DNA of 56,369 nucleotides, filler included, from Sphacelaria rigidula (taxonomy: Eukaryota), in the NCBI GenBank assembly GCA_964200075.2. It is 7 parts of 7 records of this genome, joined end to end, with 100 filler letters (N's around TTAATTAATTAA, not from the genome) between each part and the next. Parts side by side here need not be neighbours in the genome. Positions count along the whole stretch, not along the records: positions 1 to 7,967 come from CAXNAA020012807.1; positions 8,068 to 16,034 come from CAXNAA020012808.1; 5 more parts are not named here. One strand, 5' to 3'. Below, piece after piece: positions 1 to 11,810 of this stretch. The translations under genes and the position numbers were made by a program. Positions within the stretch are counted from its first letter, which is position 1; every line of letters starts with the position of its first letter. Under the pieces are notes generated by a model. The model was not told the DNA's origin and searched no databases. It worked only from the letters and a program-made list of their open reading frames with translations.

Positions 1-379
1 GGAATTTGGGTGCGGCGAGAAAAGGGCTGGGCACGCTCGTTGGACACATGAACGAGGGGGGGGGGGGGGAGATTTGGTGGCAACGCACGTTGATGATGGC
101 GTATAGATGATGGATGGAGGGTGCAGGTAGGTGTCTTGGAAAAAAAAAAGTAAATAAATGAAAAATTGAAGATTTTTTTTAAAGTATATATAAAAATAAA
201 TATAAAAATGAAAATATTATATAATACATACATAAAACATAGAATAAAAGTAAATGAATAAAATATAGAAATCGACTCGGAGGTTCGATATCAATTTCGC
301 GGTTTGCATCTCTTGTACCACCGGCTACGAAAACGCCGTCCGAGACGTCTATATATTTTGCCCATCGTCGACCACCAGC

Positions 380-650
380 ATAAGGGTCGGACGGGATTAA
401 TGATTCGTCGGGAAAAAAATTGATTTTAGTGTGATTGATTCGTGCCGTACGAATCAATCAAGCCTTGGGCTTTGTTTCCAGCGTTGCAGCCTAGGTACTC
501 GCAGCTCAGGCACATGGAACGGCGCAAAAATTGCTTGGAGACCTTTTCGACCAGCGGTCAACCTTTCGTCTCTTTTTCGAGAAACCAGGCCTGAAAAGAC
601 GTGGACTTGGTGATTCAAACCGGTGGTGATTCGTCCAAACCGTGCAAGAG
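380..650. repeat. Dispersed repeat, inverted homologue of 15510-15772
   Basis: Aligns by eye with the reverse complement of 15510-15772 (translations share PFHVPxLRVPxLQR); contains a perfect 12-bp hairpin TGATTGATTCGT-gccgt-ACGAATCAATCA at 432-460. Confidence 0.8.
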
Positions 651-1082
651 TAACACCAGCAGCTGACAAAATCACCTACGAGTGATCTAACAGCTTCACA
701 AGCTTTACCGAAGTCGAGCGAGTCGCGCGGCGCAATTCCAAATGACTGCTCGATACGCCCTCACGATACCGTGGTTCTGACTCAGGCCGCGCATGCATGA
801 TGGATCTGCTTGTTTTGTTTTCGTTTTTGTGTTGGCGTTTGATTATCCGTATAAATAAAATGAAAATAATGCAATAGATTGACTGTTTGAAGAAAAAAAA
901 AACGCACAGCAACAAATGGCGCCCAAAAAACGGCACACTTTCGGCCGGAACGAAAAGACTCAATAAACTGGAGACACTTCATCTTTCGATGCTTTATAGA
1001 AAGGATCCTGTGTTATAGTGAAGTCAGGCTATCCTATCTGTGAATGAGTCACACCATGGATAATGGCAATAGATCACACAGT

Positions 1083-1536
1083 CAAAAAGCGTACTGTGTA
1101 CAGTATATGGAATATACTGTCTAATGCAATGCAACCGGTCGCCCCGGTGGCTCAGTTGGTAACCCCGAAACCTTCTGACGGTTGGGTTGCGGGTTCAAAC
1201 CTCGGCGCGATCTGGCATTTTTTCTCAATGCCCAACAGTGCAGAGCGACTATGTCGTGGGTACACAAAATTCAACTCAACCGTCGACAAGGGAAAGGGAC
1301 TGCTGAACCCCTTTCGCGATAAAAAATAAAGGCAAGCACCGCAGAAGGAAGGTGCAGTACGAAAAACAAAAGAAAAAAGAATATACTCATGTGTTAACCT
1401 TCCTCCAGTGTGACCCCGGCTGGTGCGCCCACATATGCCGAAAGGTGTAGACTGGCGTCCAGAATAGATGGGACGACAACAGGCACAGGGCAATAGACAC
1501 AATAAATAATTGATACTATACGCAATACACTTTTTG
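1083..1536. mobile_element. Small fold-back MITE-like element split by a nested SINE
   Basis: Inverted termini CAAAAAGCGTACTGTGTACAGTAT / ATACTATACGCAATACACTTTTTG; uninterrupted relatives at ~1722-1820 and 51444-51528. Confidence 0.6.
1137..1487 (+). mobile_element. tRNA-derived SINE, copy 1
   Basis: Pol III box A TGGCTCAGTTGG (1148-1159) and box B GGTTCAAACC (1192-1201) in a tRNA-like head; body and 3' end (CTGGCGTCCAGAATAGATGGGACGACAAC) shared with 37160-37436. Confidence 0.85.
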
Positions 1537-2182
1537 GAAATATAATCTATAGTCACTACCCACAGTGTGGAATGTGTGCGCGTTCCGTTGCGGATGGCTG
1601 TGCGCGATGCCGCATGCCTACCCTCCTCCCGGGGTCGTTGAGCACGCGTTTACATGTCGGTGGTGTATATCCCTCGGAACCTTCCACACCCTCGTAGGCA
1701 ATAACAAATATATTACATATGTCAAGAAGTGCGCGTACTGCTTGCAGTATGGAAATCCATTGTCTATTGCAATAGACGCAAAAAAAAGTCGATTACTGTA
1801 CGGTACGCAGTTCACCTTTTGACGATGTAATCTATATGTCATTGTCCAGGGTGTATGGAAACCTTCTGGCGTGCACGGACAACCACAGGGGGAAATCCTC
1901 ATACTGTACGAGCCGCGTTTTCGATTGAAGCAAAAACACTATAAAGACGTTGAGCCTTTTTTCGATTTGGGGCGAATGTGACGGTGATCTTCGAAGATTT
2001 GTTTTTCGGGAAATCGGAAGCAGTTTTATTGTTGCCGTATTCATAGCAGCAGCCCGATCACAGACAACAAGCACCGTCTTCATTACCGATTTCGATCATT
2101 TCCATTTTCGATCATTTCCATTTTTCCCATACTCCATTTCTCCGATACTCCAGGTTTTCGAGTTTACATTTTCCATTCCCGG

Positions 2183-2266
2183 TTTCCGATTTTCGATTTT
2201 CGATTTCTGATTTCCGACTTATGATTTCTGATTCCCGAGTTCTGATTTCTGATCTCTGATTTTCTG
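2183..2266. repeat. Degenerate 7-nt tandem repeat (TTYYGAT)n
   Basis: About 12 units such as tttcgat, ttctgat, ttccgat. Confidence 0.85.
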
Positions 2267-2736
2267 ACGTTGCTTTCCTTGTCAACATGCGCCCTGAAGC
2301 TGCTTTTTATGGCGAAGAGAAGCATACTCCTGTGAAAACTGCATATTTGGTCCATCTGCGTCGTCTTGGGCCCTGGGGTTGAGACCTCGGAATACCTTAC
2401 TCTATTCGAAGAGACGGTTCGGGGACATCTTTGCGTTTTCCGTTGGCTGAATTTTGTTTTTAGCGGAACTTGCACTCTTCTCCAAGAACCGTCAAGAACG
2501 GTGAAGTCTAGGAAAACTGGAACGAACAAACAGGTGTCCTGGAACCGTTTCAACGAGTAAAGCAAGGCATTCCGAGGTGTCGATATCCGCCTAGCACTCG
2601 GTTAGAGCGTAAAGCGACGAAGAAGGACCAAAAAGGTCATTTCCAAGGATTTGTTTTCTTTGTTTTACCTTAGGAAGGGGCCTGAGGCTGGTCAGCTTTT
2701 TGTCACACAACAAGACACCCGATGGGTTTGATCGGC

Positions 2737-2878
2737 TGATTGATTGATTGATTGATTGATTCATTCATTCATTCATTCATCCATTCATTCATCTATTCAT
2801 TCATTCATCTATTCATTCATTCATTCATTCAATCAGTGACAGATTAATTCATTGATTCATTGATTCATTGATTCATTG
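2737..2878. repeat. Compound microsatellite (TGAT)n(TCAT)n(TTCATTGA)n
   Basis: Direct reading. Confidence 0.95.
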
Positions 2879-3204
2879 TGCCACGTAAAACCGATCCAGG
2901 AACAAACCCAGATGCGTTCACAAGATAGACGCATGCCCCCAGATTGAGGGAATCAAACAAAACAAGAAGATCGTGCCCGAACAAACAGCTCAGACACCGA
3001 ATCTAACCTAAAACACGTTTTTCATGTACTGCGTTGCAGTATGTGTGCGAGCTCAGGCGTGTCACATAGTCAGTCCCCGATTTGTGTGTGCGAATGACAT
3101 CAACAAATCCATCGTCGAAAAACATGTGCGGGGAAAAGGAGGAGGAGGCGGCGGCCGGGGGGAGCGGCATTATATCAATCCTCCTAATCCTCTTCAATGA
3201 CGGG

Positions 3205-3560
3205 GGTTTACTCATGATCTTGTATGCCTCAGTCATAAAAATCATTGACCTGGCATCCCCACAAAGCCGGGACGGAGCACACCGGGTTTTCGCCAGACTA
3301 GGCTCGCACTCAGTGACCAAGCGCGAAGTGCCGTGGTGTGTTCGGCGAGTCGCATGAAGAGTGAGCTGCATGCTGCTAAGATTATTTTGCCTTAAGCTTA
3401 CCCATTATCTTGCATTAGGATGGCAGCCTCCAATGAGTTGCTTTATTCTCTGGTATCGCCACTTCCAGGGACAGCCACGGCTTTTACACGGCGTGATGGG
3501 TGTCTCACCCTATAAAGACTACGTACTACCACCATCCCCTTTGTGTGGAGTAGAGGTTCT
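3205..3560 (-). mobile_element. Non-coding retroposon, C-tail family B
   Basis: Minus-strand end ...GATCATGAGTAAACCCCC; 3315-3510 is the reverse complement of 40035-40235; 3' end also at 14964-15018, 38795-38863 and 56295-56369; related fragment at 3715-3775. Confidence 0.7.
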
Positions 3561-4559
3561 CCCACGCCGTAAACCATGATCTACCTCGACTACCACCATG
3601 GTCACAGCAAAGAAAACGCGAGCGCGTAAAAAACAAATCGGTAACCTGGTTGCCTAGCTTACGCAGTGAGTGTCGTGTTTTATGGCGTCGTTACCAGCCG
3701 ACGCCAACCGCATGGCGGGTCCGTCCCTACAAAGCCGGGACGGAGCACGCCGGGTTCTCGCCGCACCACGCTAGTGGGAGGAGGAGGGGGGGTGTACTCA
3801 TTTGTTGCTTGCATTCTTCGTTTGACCATTGACCACGTATCCCTTTCGAGATGGAGCACCGTTCCTCTTCCTAATAGAGACACCTCCAACATCTCGGTGC
3901 TCATTACCTTTCTTCCACACATGAAAAAAACTTTTCACATATCTTATCCCCGTCCTGTTTCGCCGTCTCTGGTCACCATCTATCTCCTAGTATAGCCATC
4001 GTTTTTTCCATACTGTCCAATGTAGCAAACGATTTCGTGCCACGTTCGCTTTACTTCCCACATTTCCCCCTCTAGCACGTTCCGTTCCTCCTTGTATAGT
4101 TCACATTCTGTCATTTTATGAGTTCCACTCTCTACTGCTTTGCGACAGGGGCGACTTTGTGCACCTACTTCCTCCTCCACTCGACTACTGGTACACCTCT
4201 CTCTTCTTTCTGGCAGGTCCAGGTCCCCCGCCGGAAACCGCAATTTCAATTATTTTGCGGAGTCCATTCGGACATGCAGATATGTTTTCATCCCTATCCT
4301 CTCTCTCAACCCCCCGTTTATCTTCAGGTGTTCTTCCTCGTCTACTTTGCGTCTGAGTATTTCTTTTTTTCTTTTTTCATCATGTCTCTTACTTGTCTTG
4401 TACCCGCCACATTCACCTATAAACACTATCTCATCTTGGTTTTCTCCTATCTCCTCCCATGCCTTCTCGGTTCCTCTATCCCACCTTATTTCCGCCTTCC
4501 CTCTCGTTATTTTCTTCCATGCAGCCCTATTGACCATGACTAAACATTTCTACCTCTGC

Positions 4560-5790
4560 ATGTTCTTTACGCCATATTGGTATTTGAATTTCCCAATGTT
4601 TCTGTTTTCAAGCAGATGCATTGCCAATTCTGCTCTCCATGCTGTACTACTCGTCGTTTTCGAGCATCCAAGTATTTCTTAGCTGCTGGCATCTGAATTG
4701 TTTCCAACTTCTTCATCAACTTCACGTTCTCCTCCCATACTTCTCCTGCACATTCCAGCTTTGGTACAATAACCTTCTCCAGGAAATATCTCTCAATCCT
4801 AGTATCTACGTGCGAGTCTCTGAGTATCACGTCCATCCTTGCTATCTGTGCCTTATCCTTACTAATTTTTCATGTGTTCATCCCAAGAACAGTTTCTCGA
4901 GATCTTTGTCCCAAGGTATGTATTCTGGTCTACGACGGGAAGTTCCTCTTCTCCCCACTTTCATTTAAACTCCACCTAGTTTTATCTTCGTTACATACAA
5001 GTACAGCGCATTTGTTCGCGTTCGCTGCCATTCTCCAAACCCTAGTGTAGTCTATCGCCTTCTCTATGTGCTTCTGCAATCCTTCTGGTGTTTATGATAC
5101 CCCCACAAAATCACCCGCGAACATTAATCCTGATACAATATCTTCACCCACGTTGACTCCTTGCTTTGCTGCTTGTATTGCTATTATCAGGTCATTAACT
5201 CATACTTTGAATAGAGTGGATGATAACGTACATCCTCTTGCAACTCCTTGTAAACCATCAAAATATACAGATATTTCCCCGTCTAGCATCATAGCACTTT
5301 GGCACATTCTGTCATCTTCTTCACCACTCTTCACATCGTTCCTCTTATCTCAGTTTCCCACAACTTTTTCCACAACCCATTTCTCCATACTGTGTCGTAG
5401 GCATTTCTTTTCTAGCATCGTTCCTACTCTACAGTATCATTCAGAATCTTACAGAATGTTTTCCCTACCGTGCTCAGTAGCGTTATCTCCCGATATTTCT
5501 CTGGGTCAGCCTTATCGTCTTTCTTGCAAAGGTTGACGACTACTCCTTCTCTCCACCTCTTGGGTGTGTACTCGTTTTCCTAGACCCAGTTGTACAGCAT
5601 CACCGTCATGGTACTTGTCGCCTTTCCCCCGTACTTGAGAAATTAATCCACTATTTCGTCTGCCCCGGCTGCCTTTCTGTTATTAAGTTTAGCTACACAC
5701 TCCCTTACCTCATCTCTGGTAAACTCTCTCTGCAGTTCTTTCAAGACACTATCCTCCTGCTTTTGACGCCTCTACAAATGCTCCTGCTCA
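4560..5790 (-). pseudogene. LINE reverse transcriptase domain (disrupted; catalytic FADD reads FAGD)
   Basis: Manual minus-strand translation of 5000-5260; ORF 4567..4836 resembles the post-RT region. Confidence 0.85.
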
Positions 5791-6326
5791 CGCGTTGATT
5801 TCTTTTTCGAATTTCCTATCGAACTCCGTGCTTGTCTTTGGTGTTCCTAGTTTCCGGTAATGCTCGACTAGCACTGCTCTCTTTTCCTTCGAACTGCTGA
5901 CCATTATACCGTTCTGTGCCCGCAGTGTAGCTATCCCCTTGTCCATCCTTCCTGCCTGCTTTCCCGTTATCCCTTTCACCCCTGCCCACATTTGTGTCAT
6001 CCCGCCGTCGGAATTGTCGTTTGGTTTTTTCACCACGTCTTGCCCCTTTCCCTCCTTTATCTGCTGTACCATATTTTTTACTTCCTTCCGAGCTTTAGTA
6101 TACTCCTCCCATCCTGCCGTAGTTTTACTCGATATTCATCTCGAGTGGGCCCCTCTCCACACTCTGATAGACTCTTTCACCTCCTCATCCAATCATTCTA
6201 CTGCTCTGTTGCATACTGTTAGTTTCTCCCCTATGACTTTACTCGCTGTGTTCTTGACCAACTGCTCCCGTCCTTCTATAATCTTCGCTCCTGCCCGATC
6301 CCTTTCCATCTCGGTATCAAGTGTAT

Positions 6327-7240
6327 CTACCCTTTCCAACAGCTCGGAAATTCCAGTGCATTTCTGGCCATCTCTTCTTGGAACTCTCGCTGTATTTCTT
6401 CCATTTCTAGTTTATTTCTTCTCCATTTGTACCACTTCTGACCCCGCCTATTTCTTTCAGCTCTCGCCTGTTGGCTTTCTGCGCATATTAAGCAATGATC
6501 TGTAGTTGCCACGTCTTCTGCGCATACTTGTACTTCGATTTCCTTACTATTTCCATGCTCTACCGCTATGTAGCCAAGAACGGAGCGTTCTCTCCCGTCT
6601 TTGCATTTTCTAGTCCATGGCCATTGCGCCTCTGGCTTCTGTGCTCTATTGTTCATCGTCTTCATCTCGTCATTGTCAAGGACCTTGAGCATTTCAAACC
6701 CATTCGTGTTCTTACGTTCCCCGTATTGCCCCATGACACCATCCGGTTGACCTGTTTTTTCAACCCTTGTATTTAAATCTTCCGCTAGAATTGCTTCTCC
6801 TTGCCTTCTATACTTATGTACATCAGCTGCTATCTCTAAACACCTCCGCTGTATATCGTTCACCCTACTCTTCGATTCTGGAGGCATGTAGATGTTCCCT
6901 ACGAACAAGTATTTCGCTCCCCGTCTTCTTGGTACGATAACCTTATCCATATGCTTTCGTCGAACTTCGTGTTATAGATCACTTCTATGATGTCAAACAG
7001 GTTTTCTTTGACTAAAAACCCTACGCCCCCCGTCCCCCTGCTCTTGGACTTGAGTCCCTTCCGCTTTCTCTCTATCCATGCGTACTCTTCAACTTTGCAT
7101 CCTATTTTTGCCTCCTCTTTCTCCCATGACTCTTGGATCCCTACTATATCTAGGTCGCAGTTTCGTACTTATTCGGCTATCTCTATTATTTTGCGCCCGT
7201 CTGTAGCAAATCCACTCACGTTCCACGATCCTATTCTCAA
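6327..7240 (-). pseudogene. LINE apurinic-type endonuclease domain (disrupted)
   Basis: ORF 6327..6950 plus upstream WNV/QE motifs in adjacent broken frames. Confidence 0.85.
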
Positions 7241-7967
7241 CTTCCTTTCCGAATCATTATCGGCTCTCCTGTTGTCTACTGTTCTCTCTCCGTCGTTTCT
7301 ATTTCTATTTTCCCTTGCCCGTTTTTTCGTGCTGTTTCTGGGTTGATCTTTGTCTATTTGCTTCGGGCTGCAATGTCCCCTCCCCTTCCCCTTCCGGGCA
7401 CCTACCTATCTTTTCCTGCTCCTCCTTTGCTCCATTCACCCCCGGACTATGTCTTAGGTTTGTTGTTCCATGAGCAACGGATACTCTGCATCCAGCCTTC
7501 CTGACCCATGCCGACACCTTGCTTGTCTCTATCCTTTCCTACTCCTTGCTTGTCTCTATCCTTTCCCACTCCTTGCTCGCTCCCTGTTTTAGTGTGACTC
7601 AGAAGTGTTCTCCCTCCCTTCCTACCTTTCCTCTTGCCAAAGAGTATAGTCCAACTTCATCGCATTTCTTTTTTGACTATATTCTCGTCATATCCTTGCG
7701 GACTCCAAATATCAACTAGTACGTTACCCGTCCAATCTTTACCTCTCGATTCACCCTTCCTCACCGTCTCTCTCTTAATCTCTTTCGATAGAATCTCCAG
7801 CCTGTTCGTTGAAGGTATTGCGGTGGGATGTAGTCAACGTACTGGGATATCCCAATCCTAGTACTCGTTGGGGGTCTGGTTTCTTTCAGTTCTTCTGCTG
7901 GCTCACCGACACTAAGGAATGCCTCCGACACGGGCTTGTAGCCTGAAGCCAAGTTCAACATCTTTGA

Positions 7968-8067
7968 NNNNNNNNNNNNNNNNNNNNNNNNNNNNNNNNN
8001 NNNNNNNNNNNTTAATTAATTAANNNNNNNNNNNNNNNNNNNNNNNNNNNNNNNNNNNNNNNNNNNN
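7968..8067. other. Artificial 100-bp linker (44N-TTAATTAATTAA-44N)
   Basis: Six-frame stop linker inside Ns; recurs every 8067 bp. Confidence 0.98.
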
Positions 8068-8504
8068 CGCAGATTTGGGGTCTACCAAGGCCTCACTTTG
8101 TTCAAAGAATGTATGTACCGCCCTTGCCCGAGGGTTCTCGGTGTGCGTTGGGTTGGATCAACCCAACTAGCCTCCTGGCATTCCAGCGTATCGTAAGCAT
8201 GGACGAAAAGCTACGCAGTGGCATGCAGCATATGGGGAACAACAACGGAAGAAACGGTAGGGTTCTCTATATGAATTTTGGATCCATGTCGTTCTCTTCC
8301 GATGACGTTGGTCATATTTCACCCGACGAGCATGAATAAGCCCCAAAAGTCGATCTGCTCGTGTCTTTTCGTGATTTTGGTCGGTGACATTTTTTTGCCC
8401 AGTTTGGGGGGTCAGGCGCGCCCATAACTGTACCCTGCAAGCGGCTCCCTGATGCTGGCGAGTTGCATTTTCGACAGAAGAACAGATATGAAGTAGGTGC
8501 AGTA

Positions 8505-8861
8505 TGTTCGTAGGATGGCCTGGGGTAGTCAGTAAGATACACCTGTCAGGATAAGGTGCAATAGTCTAGTGACATACTCCAGAGTACCTGTTTGAGTTCC
8601 GGGTACTACGCGGGATGACTTTATATTGCGACGTTAGTGACTGGACATACGTGAGTGGTGCTTGTCGCATCTTGAGACCTTGACCCCTACTGGGGTCACT
8701 CTCCCTTCTTCCCTCTTCATGAACAAAGTTTTATATACATTTCTACCTCATCTTGATCGGCAGTCAACCGTGTCCATTGATCGACTGTCCCAATCGTGTC
8801 CATTGATCGACTATCTAAGCCGAGTCTGCACCCCATCCTCTCACGGGGTCACGAAGCTACA
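8505..8861 (+). repeat. 5' LTR (357 bp)
   Basis: TG...CA direct repeat of 12089-12419, with 26 extra bp from a local duplication of CGTGTCCATTGATCGACT. Confidence 0.92.
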
Positions 8862-9249
8862 AACAGTCTAGAGTTCCTACCCAACTTGGGAGCTTTGTGG
8901 CCGAGGTGAACTATGGCAGACTGGAGCACCACGGAGGGATAGTCGGCCGTCGTGGGAGACACATCATCTCCAACGGACATGCTGGAAGTCAAGGAAAATG
9001 TAGCCAGTTTGCAAGACTCGATGGCGGATATCACCGAGTAGCTGGCGGAGCTCAAGACGATGATGGTGTCCCAGTTAGTGCGTGGGACATATGTCCACTG
9101 GCCCCAGAGCGGCAGCGGGCGCGGAGGGGGAGTCAGGCGACGGGAGGCACACCGTCGCCGGTGCCGGAACAGGGAGGGTCCGGTCACCAAACGGTGAAGA
9201 GATTGTATCAGGCCCTCTCCGAGGATCCACGGACGATGGATCAGTCCAA

Positions 9250-10240
9250 CTAAGTATGAACGAGGAGTCCCCGGCTTCCTACCCTCATCTAGGCGTGGAG
9301 AGTTATTTTCGTGTTGATGAAAAATTCGATGGTCGAGAGGGAAATTGGCCGTTGTTTCGTGATGATTACCTGACACTAGTCAGTGCAGCAGGTTTTATGA
9401 GTGCCTTACGAGACACGCGAATATTCAGGCTCACGATGCTAGTACCGAGGATTTAGTTAACCAGGGATTAGCACCGAAGGAAATACAGATGTACAGACTC
9501 TTGTGGGCGGGACTGGGGAGCTCGATAAAGGGTGAGCATGTAAAGCAAACCGTTTACTCCTGTAAGGGAACGCCTGTGGCGTGGCGAGCGTTAGAGGAGT
9601 ATTGTGCGCCGTTGACTGGTGGTGAACAGATCTCGTTGGTTGGGAATTTTTTTCCATATGACACAGGAAACTGGCCTGGACCCCCGCGAATATTGGCAGG
9701 AATATCAGAACGTTATTGTGTCACTGGAAACGGCTCTAGAACAACAGATACCAAAGAGATTAGTGTTCGCGCGCTTCCTGCAAGGACTCACAGCTGATTA
9801 TGATCACCAAAAACAACACCTTCTCTCGCAGAAAGGCTTGGACGTAGAAGAAATTGTTGAGGGTGTTGAGGACTAGGTTCGGGATGGTAAGAGACAACAA
9901 GGGGAAGGGAAGCCACGCGTTGGTGTCAGTTGGAAAGAGTAACAGTGGCAAAGAAAGTCGGAAGAGGAAATTACGAGGGACCTGGGGAAGTACGGGGGAT
10001 TCAAAAACAGGCGGGCGTGAAAACGGTCCTGTGAAGGAGAAGCGATGTTGGATTTGCCGGAAGCAAACAACAAACTTCGCGCGTGACTGTCCGGAACGAC
10101 ATTGCATGAGACGCAGACAAAAGGGACATTCGTTTCAGAATTGTAATACAGGAGAAGACAAAGATACAGCGATGGCAGCAGGGTCGTCGAGTAGTAGCGA
10201 TTCTTCAGTATGCTCAGCAGCGGACGGAGAAGCCTTTTGA
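9250..10240 (+). pseudogene. Copia-type gag remnant (UBN2/Retrotran_gag-like plus degenerate zinc knuckles)
   Basis: KFDGR..W..F, AWRALEEY, LDPREY...FLQGLTADYD, CWICRK...DC and KGHSFQNC across frameshifted ORFs 9082, 9489, 9619 and 9854. Confidence 0.72.
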
Positions 10241-10410
10241 AAATGATGGCATGAAACCTATGCATGACTCAAATACCCCTTTGATGTTCGATGTTTCGAG
10301 TGTTCGTGGCCACCATGCCGATAGCGATTCATGTACCCAAGGAAAGGTTGATGCCCAGGTGCATCAAGATGTTGGACATCTCTGGACGATGCTGAGACCA
10401 TATTTTTGGT

Positions 10411-11135
10411 TTGGTGGTGAGGAACATACAAGCGGTATGGGCGAGTCCGGCGATGGCGGTGCCGAACAGAGATACCTTCCGTTTGGTTAGTGACTACCAA
10501 GCGGTGAACGCGCTGATAGAGCAGTCTCGGGGGGTAATGCCGAGTCAGGAGGACATGCGGGAGTTACTGGGAGCGCAATGCTTTAGCAAATTGGACTTGC
10601 TCCAGGGGTATTGGCAAATGCCTCTAGCACCGGACGCACAAGAGTTCTCCACGATCACCACACCAGAAGGTCTGTTTACGCCAACTCGTGTTCCTCAGGG
10701 TGTGCTGAATGCTGCATCCTATTTTCAAGATGTGATGACTGATCTTTTGCAAGCATTGGACTGCAAAGTGTGGGTCGATGATGTTTTTTATTTCGCCGAT
10801 TCAGAAGAAGCGTTGCTGACGTTGTTAGACGAGATTCTCGGACGTTTGGAAAGTGTTGATCTGTTCGTCGCAGCTCACAAGTGCACGTTTTTTTTCTCGA
10901 GAAATAGTTTGGTGTGGCAAGGTGTACTCGCACGGAACTGGGTCTCATGATCCCGTACGCATTCAAGGGCTGAGTACAATGCGACGTCTTCAAAATGCAA
11001 GCGAGCTGATGCAGTTTCTACAGGCGGTCAATTGGTTGCGAACTTCACTACCTCGCATGGCAGAAGTAGTAGCGCCGCTTCGTGCGTTTTTAGGACAACT
11101 GATGGCAGGGGCGTCGCGTAGGACCAAGCGGGCTC
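10411..11135 (+). pseudogene. Ty3/Gypsy reverse transcriptase fragment
   Basis: WASPAMAVP, FRLVSDY, FSKLDLLQGYWQ, RVPQG, WVDD; continues after a frameshift into LMQFLQAVNWLR. Confidence 0.93.
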
Positions 11136-11139
11136 ACAG

Positions 11140-11415
11140 TTGCACATCACTGCGGAATTCAAAGATGTTTTTCAGCATTCGTATGCTCAGGGGGAGTGTC
11201 GAGTGAATGCTTTGGTGCACGTCGCAGAGGACGATGATGGACATGTCATAGTTTTGGTCGATTGGGATGGCTTCGATTCTGAAGAACGCACGTGGGAGTC
11301 TCTTCGGAAAATTCATTCTTCGGCGCCTGAATTCGTTGTCAAGGAATTGCGTAAAGTGCGGTTGACTCGGGCGTTGACCAGTAAATTAGCGTCGGAGTAT
11401 GGTAGCTCTTTGTGA
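11140..11415 (+). pseudogene. Gypsy C-terminal chromodomain (RNase H and integrase deleted)
   Basis: VLVDWDGFDSEERTWESL is a chromodomain signature; lies directly after the RT thumb. Confidence 0.85.
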
Positions 11416-11497
11416 TTTGGCGCATGCAAAATTCGGCTTGGTGATTTTTGTTGGTTGTCAAGCTCGTTCGTTTGTCTTGAACTCGCTTTGGGGGTGC

Positions 11498-11810
11498 TGT
11501 AGCCCAAAATGGTGCCAAGCCGTTGCGTTTAACGTGTAGGATACTGGATAATAATTATGTGACAGGGTACACTGTGGATGATGACCCTCACCGTGTAGCC
11601 TCTGATGTGTAGCCAGTGGGCTGCTGTTGCCTACTTCGTGAATGGAAACTCCAAGAGAAGTTCTTATCGAGCTTGGCCAGTGAATTCTGGAGAAGTCCCT
11701 CTCTGAATAGCCCTCTTGTCCAGATCGTCTGGCAGACGCTATAGAGCATGGGCTAGTACAGTTGCAGAATTTGACTTGCGTTTTGCATGGATTGACCATC
11801 AGGAGCTACA
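11498..11810 (+). repeat. Probable 3' LTR of the nested Gypsy element (313 bp)
   Basis: Terminal inverted hexamers TGTAGC...GCTACA, preceded by a G-rich tract; 11530-11760 is homologous to 24367-24585. Confidence 0.7.

Larger units (their letters stand above)
3776..7520 (-). mobile_element. Degraded non-LTR retrotransposon (APE + RT + C-terminal Zn-knuckle remnant; RTEX/L1-like architecture), C-tail family A
   Basis: Minus-strand APE motifs (GSWNV ~7220, GIQESW, GNIYMPP, EDLN, TDH), RT motifs (GVARGCTLSSTLF, GLMFAGDF ~5110), C-terminal PCxxxxESxTHxxxECELY; 3' end ATGAGTACACCCCCCC; many stops and frameshifts; 5' limit approximate. Confidence 0.9.

Noticed and set aside
1137-1215. Functional tRNA gene
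   Set aside because: Cloverleaf is imperfect and the head is fused to a repeated body and tail with a TSD in the second copy; better explained as a SINE
4118-7346. Long hydrophobic S/F/L-rich plus-strand ORFs
   Set aside because: Antisense shadows of the purine-rich LINE coding strand
8012-8023. TTAATTAATTAA as a biological TTAA target array
   Set aside because: Embedded in Ns and identical at all six junctions; synthetic stop linker
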